The notes beneath the pieces were generated by a model, which saw nothing but the letters and a program-made list of their open reading frames with translations, ran no database searches and was not told the DNA's origin. The translations under genes were made by a program, and so were the position numbers. A stretch of DNA of 64,000 nt from Hydrurus foetidus (Eukaryota): positions 1-64,000 of the forward strand of contig UYFQ01000473.1 of assembly GCA_900617105.1 (NCBI GenBank), written 5' to 3'. Positions 48,543 through 60,615 of the stretch are shown here, one piece after another. Each line of letters begins with the position of its first letter. The stretch's first letter is position 1.

Positions 48543-51500
48543 CTTCCCTCTCTTTCTCACACAAACTATCTCTCCTCTCTTTTCCCTACCTCTTTTCTCA
48601 GAGTAATCGCTTCGCTAAACAGAGTGATGTCAAAAGATGACATCACCACTCCTGTTCTCGAAGCTCTTAGGAGAGAATTCTTCGGAATGATGAAAACTAA
48701 GAACACCCAGTACATAGATAACAAAATACGGAATGTGCGATATATTGCAGAGTTGGTCAAATTTGGAGTAGCGCCACCTATCACAGCATTCCGCATGTTC
48801 AAGACCATGATGGCTGACTTTTCTCCTCATAATATCGAGCTCACCGCGACTCTGCTGGAGTCATGCGGAAGGTTAGTGAATGAACGTAGCTGATAGAAGG
48901 AGAAGCTGTTTAAGAATGTCAGCCTTTCTGTCCATTTGCTGATATTAGTATATCTTTCAATTCACTAATTTCCACTACATACTACTCCTTGATGATTATT
49001 GATGATGACGCGCTGTTTCATCTTTCTTGCTTACAAGTAGTCCATCGTGAATAGCGAGTTCAACCTCCGTGACGTCGCCATCATAGGCCCTACCCTGACA
49101 TTTCCTTCATCCTCTCCCTACTGAGCAGCTGTACTTGACGTCACCTCCATTCTGTTTTCCCTCTTTATGCCAGATACCTGTACTTACTACCGTACACACA
49201 TGACCGTACGTGCGAGGTCATCGAAACCATGTTGCGTCTACGCAGAGCTAAGAACTTGGATCTAAGATTACAGGTGATTTAGAATGCACTGTTGCAGATC
49301 TGTGCTATGTAATGTGGTGTGAAATGTCTCGTGATGCCATCTAGCAGAATTTAACAGAATGTAACGGGAATAAAATAAGTTGTGTGACGTCCTGCATCAG
49401 AATGAAAAGTAGTGTGGCGGAGCGATCAACTAGATAGCGCATAGCCATCTGCTTGTATATTCTTCCGAGAAATCACACGGTATAGAGTTGTTCCATGTGT
49501 CACTGATCTCATTCCGTATCCACTCCTCCATTTCCTTCTCTATCTTCTATCTTTTCTATCTTCTCCTCTCGTAGACTTTGCTGGAAGCCGCATACTTCAC
49601 GGTAAAGCCCCCAGAAAGAGTAGCGCGAAAAAGCAAAGTGCTCACCACTGTGCAGAAATATATCCACTTCCTAATCTTTGAAAAACTAGATGCACCTGGG
49701 GCCAACGGTACGTGATGAGATATTAGAATAGATGTTGATGTTAACATCCGGGGGGTTGGTGTTTGGACAGATGCCGGTGTCATGCTGTGAGAAGTGTGCT
49801 GTCTGTAATCTTATTTGCTGTAGTATTGCATCTCACAGACTATTATGGGATCAGCAGATACAGCGACGTGCACGTTCAGTCAGTCAGTCAGTCAGGCACA
49901 CACGCACGTACACAGTAATGCCCATGTACTACATCGTCATACATGGCATCACTTCATAAAATGATACAGAAATTAAAGTGCACTTCATCATTCCCTCATC
50001 ACATCTCATAAAATCTCATTTTCTTTCATTTTATGTAGTTGACCTGGTGATCAAATCCCTCCGAAGACTCCCTTGGCTCGATGAAACGGAGGTGAGTGGA
50101 CAAACAGCGTAAGAGTGATTTCTACCCATCACTGCCTCCTTTTCGCACTTCTCGTCTTATTTCTCACACTGCATCTCCCTTCCCTTTCCCCCTTCTTCTT
50201 CATTTTCGATTCCTTTCTTCTTTATCTCCTCCCTCCTTCACCTTAACCTCTTTCTCTTTCTCTTCCTCTTCCCTAAGGGAGTTGAGGGCCACATTCTGAA
50301 GTGCGCCTTACGGGTGGCACGTACCAAGTACGTCAGCATCCCCACTCTCGCAGACTGTCTATCCGGACTATTCAGGTACGTTCGTGCACCATGCGTACCA
50401 ACAATACCACTCCCACCCATTCGTCACTCTTGACAAGGCGATCACTGACGTAGTAAAATATTTAAAAGTTGTCTTTTGTGGTGTCAGTGAACCAATGATT
50501 TACCTTGTGATGACTTCACAGGCCTAATTAACTACCTGACTTGTACACAGCGATACCACCACCTCCACTCACCTCACATTATCCTAATCAACTCTACTCC
50601 CCTCCACTCCTCTGCGCCCTTCAACAGATATCGTCCTAACCTCCTCGTGAAACTCGTTGACCGGATACTCGAAGAAATACAAAGAGGTCTGGACGTCCCT
50701 CATAAAAGGGAAGCCCAAAGGGTTTTGGGGTGAGTTCCAGAATAGGGTCCAAGAGCGTGTGAATGTCGCAGTGACTGTTGTGTACTTGGCTGTAGTGATG
50801 TACAAGTCACTTGTGTGTGAAGGGCTTGAGATAGTTTGTTTTGGATTTTGACAACAACGCATGCAGTGTTGACATGTGCACGCCTACTCACGCGTAGTAC
50901 TGGTCACCACTGAATATAGCTGGAATGCAGTATATCTCGCCGACCTTGCCCTTCTGACCTAATCAACAGTGCACTAATATTGACCAATTCATTTTCTCTA
51001 TTACGTGCGTCATCTCATGCTCATCAGATTGGTGCGTATACTGGGAGAGCTGTACAACTATTCCGTAGTGTCCGCTCCGGTAATATACGAATTGCTTTAC
51101 ACGGTTATCAACTACGGGCACCTCAAGGAGACTAGGGGGGACGAGGTGAAGAAAGCTCTGTCTGTAGGGGAGGCCCCACACAGGTGCGACATCCATTTGA
51201 CCGATACTACTCCAATGCAATGTTACGTGACGTAATGTTATGTCATGTGATAAGATGGGATATGATAAGACATACAATAAAGCGCTATATGGCGTGATAT
51301 AATTCAATATGATAGAGTATGATGCGATGTGATATGATATTATGGGATATTTCGTGTCGTGATACGATTTGATGTGCCCTCTTGATCGTAGACTCTTATT
51401 ACGTTCCACTGTACCTTGTCACATGACTTGAGGGACTGTCTTGTGTGGAAGAAATTAGTTGAGAATACTCAGTTGCACTGCTGCATTACAAGTCACCACT

Positions 51501-54500
51501 TACCCTCACAACTAATTCGATCACATGTCTCTAATCTGACAATCACATCCTCAATCAACACCACACCACACCGCACCGCTCCACACCACTCTCCCACACT
51601 CCTCTTCACTTCTCATCACTGCAACTCACTGTGCATTCTCTCAGATACGATCCTCGAGTGGTGTCCGATCTAGACCCCCCTGGAGATCTCTTTCGAGCCC
51701 AACTTGTATGTGAAGCACTGAACACATGCGGTGCGTACTACGTGAGAGGACAGGCAAAAGAGCGATTGTCCCGCTACCTGGTGTACTTCCAGAGGTACCT
51801 ATTGTCCAAGCCACTGCTCCCCACACACATAGAGTTTGCTATACTCGACACTTTCGACAATCTGGAAGAGCTGGCGAGGTCGGCAGCAATCGCATCTGCT
51901 GTCAAGGCGAAGAGCTCCCAGCCTGCCATGAAGGTTACACACTGCTGCACTGCTCTGCTCTGCTTTCTTGTTGGGCAGTGTTGTTTTGTGTATTGCTGTG
52001 CTTTAGCAGAAAAATATTTCCGTTTTACGACTGAAGGCATTGTGTGACTTTCCTGTGTTGCACTCAATTCTGCACTACACTAAACGACACTGTGACCTCC
52101 TCTATTTACTATCACCCTCCCCACACAAATGCAAGTTTCAGTGCTACCAACTTTCACCAACGATACTGACCCCCATCATCCCCCCCTCTTCCCTTCCCCC
52201 TCTCTTCCTCTTCTCTCTCTCCTTCCCTTCTTTTTAGGGCAAGAACACCGCGACAGCTCTCGCTGCTCTCAAAGCAGCAGCTACTCTGGAAGTGCTCAGT
52301 GCGGGACCTCTGTTCCCTCGATACGACTCCATGGACCAGGTCAGTCCCGATTCTTCTTGATTCGCCTTTTAAATTTATCTTTTCGATTTTTCTTTTCGAT
52401 TTATCCATTTGATTCATTTTCTCAATTCATGTGATTTGTACTGACACCTACGTGTAATGTATCATTAGTTCTACTGAGTTGAATGCGCGATGCGATGCTG
52501 CATCTCTCATTGTTGACGACACAGCAGAGCGTCAAAGAGGAGCATACTACACCTACCCCACCACACCACACCCCTCATCTCCTCTCCTCTAAATGCAGTA
52601 CTTACATTCATACCATCTGTACCCTCTACCCCATCCTGCCACTTCCCCACATCCCACGTCCCCTTTCGATCATGTCTGACTGCAGGTACAGCTGGCTATC
52701 GAGCTACTGGAGGTCAAGCCAGAGGAAGCCGTGCTAGACGTGGAGGAAGAAGAGGTGTGGCGAAGTGTGATGTGTTGAATTGAATATGAGATGAAGGGAA
52801 TGTCGATCGCATTCCTTTTCATCACTTCATCTCCTACAGTCTCATCTATACCTTCATCTATACCATCATCTATGCAATTCCATTATCTATACCATCACCT
52901 ATACCATCATCTATGCAATTATCATTATCTATACCTTAATCTATACCATCATCTATGCAATTCCATTATCTATACCATCACCTATACCATCATCTATGCA
53001 ATTATCATTATCTATACCTTAATCTATACCATCATCTATGCAATTCCATTATCTATACCTTAATCTATACCATCATCTATGCAATTCCATTATCTATACC
53101 ATCATCTATACCATCATCTATGCAATTCCATTATCTATACCATCATCTATACCATCATCTATGCAATTCCATTATCTATACCATCATCTATACCATCATC
53201 TATGCAATTCCATTATCTCCTGTTTTTAAACTACACAACACCTCCCTTCAAAGTCGCTCCTGAGCATTTCTTCTCTCCTCTTCCTGTTACATCAACCAAT
53301 AATGTACGTACGTACATAGGATGAAGAGGTCGAGCCTGACGAAGACGAAATGACTGAGGAGGATGAGGAGGAAGAAGGTGCGTGTGATCTCGTTTATCGC
53401 TGCCACCTGCCACGCACTCTATAAATTGAATCCATCACTTTCCCTCTTAAGTGTTATACCACATTGTGTCGTCAGGAGCTGTGATGTGATGTGTTGTGTT
53501 ATCACATTATTTGACACGCTATATCATACTGTAATGTGATGAATGACAATCTCCGTGTAACGGTTCCTCTACATCCTACACTTCTCTCAACTTCATGACT
53601 CCCAGGCGCTCTGTGCGATGCAGATGCGGAAGAGAGGGAGAAGGAGGAGCAGTTGTTCAGGAGGAGAGCAGAGGAGGAGGTGAGAGCTGCATTGGATGTT
53701 CAACTGCGTTTTGTGTATTGATGTAGTTGCTTCTCTCAGTTTATTTGTCATGCATCGCATCATTTTGTAATCCACAGTGGGTGGTGTTGTGACGTTGATC
53801 ATATAGCGTAACGCGCATGTACGCTTGTGCGCGTAATTACACACACATGCCATGCAGCTACATCCATTATCTAACACTATATCATCCCACATCATTTCGC
53901 GTTATGTCTATTTATTAACAAGACTATTTATGTATTCCTGTCTGTAGGAGGAGGAAATGTCCGAGAGGGAAGCAGCACGTATGCTCGAACGGTTACGAGC
54001 TACAGAGGAAGACGAGGAATTCGAAAGGGCTTTCAGATCCATGGTGCGTCCCGTCGCTTTGCCTGTGTGTGTGCCTTTGTTTGCCTGTATGTCTGTATGT
54101 CTATGCAGCTGTCCAATGCTCCCACAATCTGTACAATTCACTGCAATCGCATAACACAGCACACTATTGCCTGACATGTAATGCACCGCCTTTACTCTTC
54201 ATACGCGTGACCCGCTGGAGAGTTACCGTGGTTTTTGAGAGTCTCAAACCTGATTCCTATTTTGTTCCGCATATATGTTAGAAAGTCCTGCTCATGTCGA
54301 CAATATTCTATCCATCCTCTATCTACGAACCCTTCCATCTATCTGTTCATCAAGTAGTTCACTCATCCATCTTTGGACTTATCTATCCATTCATCTATCT
54401 ATCTATCTGTCTATCTATCTATCTATCTATCGAATTATTTATCAAGTCATTCATGCTATCCTGTCATCCGTCTGTGCAGGTGCATGAAAGTGTGCAGGGA

Positions 54501-56027
54501 GTGCGTACTGTTGGTTCGTTCAAAGGAGCCGCCACAGACCGCATGGCAATACCAGGTATCAAATTACCTTATCTCTCTTCTCTCCTCTCTTCTCCGCTGC
54601 AGTCACAGTATCTTGCTGTATCGTAGGTGCCTTATTTCTTTTTCTCTTATAATTTTGTTGGGCAATAAAGGCATATTTCATTTTAATTTCAACTGTAACT
54701 GCTGATTGACGAGCAAGGGTGCAGCGCAATCTAATTGACATCCCCCTCATCCTCACTCTTTCTCTCTGTCAATCTATCCGTGTGTCTGCCTATACGCCTG
54801 TCTGTCTGCCTGTCTCACTTCTCACTTTTTTATTCTCCCAGCTGTTCTTCCTAAGGCGAAGAACATTCTCGCATCAAGATTCCGCAGCGGCAGTGCGGAT
54901 GAAGATGATCTCCTGGGATCCGACATCAACGACTTCAGGTACCGCACTGCACTGTACTGTCTTGCACTGAACTGCATCTTGCTACACTGCACTGCACTGT
55001 TTTGCATCTTGCTACACTGCACTGCACTGTGCTGTCTTGCACTGCACTATATTATCACCCTCTTCTGAACTCTGCTTTGCTGTGCTGAAGTGTTGTGAGG
55101 ATCTCATATTTTTCTCCAACACAGTACAATTTTTGCAGCAAAGCTATGTGAAGAGATAATTAATCTCTCCAATTATTCTAATCGATGACGTCACACCTAT
55201 CATCATGTCCAATAAATTTAGTCCCCCCGGCAGAGCTGTGGTCGCCTTCAAGCTGTTGTCCAGAGACACGAGGGGAAGGGTGGAGGCGAGGCAGCTGCTG
55301 GTGCCGGAACAAGTACGTCACTGCTTTACTGTGAACCGCTCGTTAATGTGCTCATAACTTTGTACTCTACTGCACTGCACTGCACTGCACTGCAACCCAC
55401 TGCACTGCACTGCACTGCAACCCACTGCACTGCACTGCACTGCACTGCAACCCACTGCACTGCACTGCACTGCACTGCACTGTAGGATGTACGCCACGAT
55501 ATGATGACGAGAAAATTATGTGCAATTCATGACTTGTTTACACTCACCCAATAACTCCCGTACGCTCTCAGGCTCCCATGGCCATCAAATTAGCGAAAGC
55601 AGAAGCTGCATTAAGGCTGGAGAAACTTATCCTAAAGGAAAGAGTGCTTCAAATAGACTCCCTCACGGAGATGAGCGAAGACTTCCCAGCCCCTATAGAG
55701 TACGTGCACAACCGATCTCTCGACTCTGAGGGTGACAGACAAGGGGGAAGGGGCCAGCAGGGACAGGGACAAGGGCAGGGGGGAAGTGTGAGTGGGGGTG
55801 GTCGGTCGGGGGGTAGGTCCTCTTCAGGTCGCAGTAGCGTGCAAGCGGGTAGAGGGTTTGGGGGGTACGCCCTGAGGGGTAATGATGACAGAAAGCCCGT
55901 GGACACTTTGGACTTGGATCAGTTCTTAGCAGAAACTAGCAAGTCAGAGATGAGAGCCATGCATGCAGGCAGACCCCAAGCAGGGGGACAGTCTTCAGCG
56001 GGTAGAGGAGGCAGCGGTGAGTTATAA
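45196..56027 (+). CDS. UPF2: Nonsense-mediated decay factor UPF2, many exons
   Basis: SDLKKTTAFVKK, LNLTLYISE, FYEDLPDL, KIRNVRYIAELVKF, LLESCGRYL, LGELYNY, FRAQLVCEALNTCG, YFQRY; acidic region; C-terminal FKLLSR...RQLLVP. Confidence 0.95.
48491..48542. repeat. (CT)n(CA)n intronic microsatellite
   Basis: Seen directly in a UPF2 intron. Confidence 0.9.
52842..53218. repeat. Intronic compound minisatellite (~41-bp higher-order unit)
   Basis: Alternating CTATACCATCAT-type 12-mers and CTATGCAATTCCATTAT-type 17-mers inside UPF2 intron 52755-53319. Confidence 0.92.
55368..55482. repeat. (ACTGC)n intronic microsatellite interrupted by AACCC
   Basis: Seen directly; a related tract lies at about 54944-55050. 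Confidence 0.9.
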
Positions 56028-58169
56028 AATTGACTGGCTCCGTGTGGTTATTTTCTGCTGCCTTCATTATTTGGTGTATGGGTCTTTGTTATGATGGTTT
56101 CTATTACTTTCTCTTTCTCTACATCATCACCATCACTATCACCACCCTTCTCATCGTCACTACCACCATGATTGTAATCGTCATAATTCTGATTCTCTCT
56201 TCCTCCACTACAGCACCAGGCAGTGTAGCACCGTGCGGACTGTACTTACCCGGTGGCAGCTCAAACAGCGGGAACTGGAGAGAACGTCGTTAGACTTACT
56301 CACCGCTTGATGAACTGGCACATAGATGGGACCAATCATACAAGCTGCCAAGCGCACTGAAAAGCGACAACTGGCAGAGAGCCTATCTTGCTGTTGGACT
56401 GACTCACTCACCGACCGACTGCCATTTCTCCTCAAGATGCACTAAAGAAGACAGACTGTACCTTTTGTGATCCCCATCTGTGACTACGGTCAGACACTCT
56501 GCTCTCCGTTCTCCGCTCCTCTCAGTGCTGGACATAGCAGGACAGAAAAGGACTGGACAGTACTTAAAAGTGTCGAACAGAATCATACTGAACTGTACCC
56601 CTGCGGGCTGGACTGTAGCCGACTCTCCCCTGATATCCCATCCTGGGACCTTGGATCAGAATCAGGAACTAGACCCAGAAGCCCAGACTGCTTGAGAGAG
56701 ATTCCTCCTTTGACTCAGTTATACGGGGTACAGTCTGCCACACAGACTTGAAGGATCTTTTGATGTTCTGATTGGGCTGATCGAGAGTCTATGCAATCGA
56801 CAATACACACCGCTGAGATGGGACCTGCTGATAGGGTGGATAGCATGTAACCATGAATTGGGCGAGGAGACGAATGGTGCGCGTGTGAGAATGTGATCTC
56901 TGATATCGCTACCTATGTAAACACTTTATTCTGTTCAAAAGAGCTCTCTATTCTGCTCCCGTACAGCGATTACTACGTACCCCGTGGATGCGTACCTATC
57001 TTATACAGTCATGCCCTGTTCTGTTCTATTTTCTCCTCACCCAATCAAATGCATCTTGCGCCGCCTACTCTCATCCGTCCTATCCTGCTTTCACCTCTCC
57101 TCTCCTGTCCCATCCTATCTATCCATTCCCACCCTCTCCATTCCTGCCATATCTCCTCTAATGTTGCCTCTGCGATAACGCCTCCGCTGTGCTGCACTGC
57201 TGCCCACTGATTGGCTAATTTAACAGCTGAGCTGCACTCTATCTCTCTGAAATTGCATCTGAGGACACATCGTGCCGTGCTGAATCGAGAGTCGAGTCAA
57301 GCAGACCGCGTTGTTGTGAGGGCTCATCTATCTGATGCTAGTATTTTACGATGTCTATGTACTGTACGCACATTCATTATATGATGTAACCATGGATGTC
57401 TCTCAGTTTCTTTCCATTCTACACCATCTACAAAATAAAACTAATCAAGTCACTGCATGAAATTCATGTTTTTAATCAAAACGCATGAAACTGACACCAA
57501 CATGTGGAGATTTTGTTGTTTGTTCAATTTCGCGTTACGTGTAACTGGATCATACTCGAAGTTGAAGTTGAGTGATCCTGCAGTATCAACGAAATTCTGC
57601 AGACATCTCTCACAGGATCCAGATTTGTGAAAGCAATAGGCACCTGCGCGATGGAGGAGCCAGTGACCTATCATCCTGAATGCAAGGCTAAGCTGGTGAG
57701 TCAACGGTTAGATCAACTTACAGATCTTGCTGTTGTTTGTATTCGGCTACACCAGCAGGATTACAGCAGTCATAGGGATATGTGAAGCGCGTCAACATTG
57801 TTTTGTCCGTTCACCTAACGTCGCTGTATTTAGAAGCCAGAAATGATGGAGGTCTGTAATACTGTGTTAAGTAATTCTCACTACGTTACTTAAGCGTGAA
57901 AACAATGTGCTAGATGCAACAAATTCAATGTCGTCGCCGACCCGCAAAGGCTTGAGCTCAAACTGCTGACAGAGGGTTGACAATCTTTTCAGTTTTCTTG
58001 AACAAAGAAACCGTGTAATATTTTTCACCTTGTATTTAATCCTAACTCTCTCTCTAAAGCATATTTAATATTTAATGTTCAGCAGGTCTCAATCTATCAC
58101 TGTCATTCATCGATGACAAGTCGCAAAAAAGCCTGAAGCATTTGTGGCATTCTTTCTGTGCGTGTCAGC

Positions 58170-59475
58170 ATGAAGATTCCAGATCGAATCAGCTATTCAA
58201 CAAAAGCGGGCATGTCACGATTGACGATGATATCAGTCAATATGCTGATGACGTACATCAATTCCGTATCAGCATCATATCCCTCAAATTCTACAAATAG
58301 CGCTAATATTTACGGGAGTAGAGACAGATCCAATCAATCAGTGAGCTCAGGGCACAGAACGGTGGAAGAGTTCAATCCCCTAATAACAGTCATTACCGAT
58401 GACGTAAACGATGGAAGAGTTAAAGTTTCTATGTGTAAAAACGCCATATTCATGAATTGCCCCATCACTGCAGGCAGAAAAGTCCATCTCAACGAAACAG
58501 TCGCATGTTTGCTACATGAATTAGATCAATTGGATGAGGAAGGGACCTGTGCGATGGTTTTTACGAGCATAATAAAAAATGTTTTTGAGGCTTGCAACAG
58601 CACAGGACCGGAAGGACTCTGCTTCAATATAACAAAAATTCCTAACAGGCCCTACTATCTCGAGAAACTTTCTGATTTGACGTGCTTCGCTCAGAACTAC
58701 TTTGCGGATTCTTCATTCTGTCGTGATCAGCTGGACGATTTGATAGGAGACGTTATCCCTTGTGCAGCCGAAGCAGGAAAATACTGTCCCCGTCAATCTG
58801 AAGATCCTATGCCATGCCTGAATGCAACTCATTCAAACGCTTCAGTAACGGATTTCAGCATAGGTTGCATTGGTCTCCTATCGACTTGGTCACTTGAGAG
58901 GAATTCTGATGACTCCGATACTGATGACATCACCGATAATGATGATAACGTGTGGAATGCGAAGCAGAAAACACGAGACTCCTTATATTTACAAGACAGC
59001 ACAATGGGAAGCCGAGTTTTGAAAGGTGCATTACAATACAGTGGAGTAGTTTTACTTATCAATCACATGATTTTTGTTCCTGACCTAAGGCTTGTTGCTA
59101 CACCTCAAGCGAATAGCTTGTTATAGCTAACAATGCACAAATTGCTCTGTAAGGGACGAGTTGTATATGTTGCTATACAGGCAATATGATTCTGGAGCAG
59201 TATCTAACAGCTAGCAATCTTCTGACCGTATGACAAAAAACGTTACTATTATTACTCCTTTTGAATATTTAGGAGGGCTCGGTCTCGCCCTGTTCTGCTT
59301 CTTCATGATAATCTACTGCATACAGAGATTCGGAACATCCGGTGACGTCAGCAAGGGAACTCAAGATAGTGAATCTTCAAGGGGCATGTACATACGTACA
59401 GCTACAGGACCGGATGACTGGGAAGTGGAACAAGAGGACGAAGAGGAGGATGATTGGAGACCTACTGAGATATAA
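58170..59475 (+). CDS. Hypothetical Cys-rich single-pass membrane protein; exon borders uncertain
   Basis: Long ORF with Cys-rich, N-x-S/T-rich region; downstream exon with hydrophobic GLGLALFCFFMIIYCI and an acidic tail. Confidence 0.55.
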
Positions 59476-60615
59476 ACCTTCATGAACAGTATTATTACCT
59501 CTTAACTATGTTAATTTACTGTCCGTCTGTCGCGTTGCATCCTATACCATTCTAGCTCGTATCAATTTGAAGTTATATTATTCTCAGGCCTTTCTTTAAC
59601 GCATTTCCTTTCGGAAGAATTATCCTCTGAAAGAAAGTCAGCTGCGTCTCATGCGTGTTGTGTTATCCCCTTTTCCTTCCCTTTCTCCCGCAACCTCTGT
59701 CTCCGTCTCGAAGTTGAGATGCCGCCATATCAATATCGCTTACTTAGCACGATTAATGAATACTGTGCATTTACATGATAAAATAAAAAAGAACGAGAAT
59801 TTTATACAGTTTTTAACGTACATGCAAGGGCTACGAATAAAAGAAGACGTAGCAGACAGGACTATGGACCAAGTCGCGACAGAATTTCAGAGTTGCGGAG
59901 ACTTCTGTACTAAAAAAGAGATTTCTGTACTGAACAAGGAGGCTGTCCCGTTCTTAGAAGCTGTGTAGGCGGATGGGATTTGAGATGTATTCTACTCATA
60001 ATATGTAGGCTAATCTTGGGAACTCCTATATAGGATCTGGAGTATAGGGTTTTCTTTTATCCTATATAGGATACCATATGAAGGATTTTTGAAAAACTAA
60101 ATAGGGATCCTATCCTATCGGTTATACAGCTTCAAAATGGGAGTGACGATGTACAGGACTAAATATAATTGAAGACAGGGTCTTTCTAGAGAGTATGTTA
60201 CACGGCTTCTCAAATGCTGTTCGTGCTTGTGCGTCCCGACACCACATTACATTACATTACAATACAGCACAACACAACACGTTGCCTTCAATTCAATTGT
60301 CTGCATCATGGAGTGGTGGGTAAGATCGTAATTTGAACATGACATGATTTGATTTGATGTGATGGAATTCTAGTGAGTGATGTACAGTGTACGTGTCTGA
60401 GGCTTCCAAAGCAACAGAGCACGTACGTACCGTGCTGCACAGAATGTACATGTAATTCGTCTCCTCTGTATTTTGCTTATTTTCATTCGACCAGTCCGGA
60501 TAATTTACAATAGCAGGGCCACATGACAGATGCTAGAAGCACCCTTGGTCGACGACACTACAGAACAGACACCCACTACTTTGACGCTAATACATATATA
60601 TAGCTGCGTGACCAT

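Noticed and set aside
52791..53324. His/Tyr-rich ORFs, or a CRISPR-like array
   Set aside because: These are translations of an intronic minisatellite; there are no unique spacers or cas genes, and the context is eukaryotic.
56030..57900. Short ORFs between UPF2 and the Cys-rich membrane gene
   Set aside because: Low-complexity or motif-free, with no consistent splice pattern; not supportable as genes.
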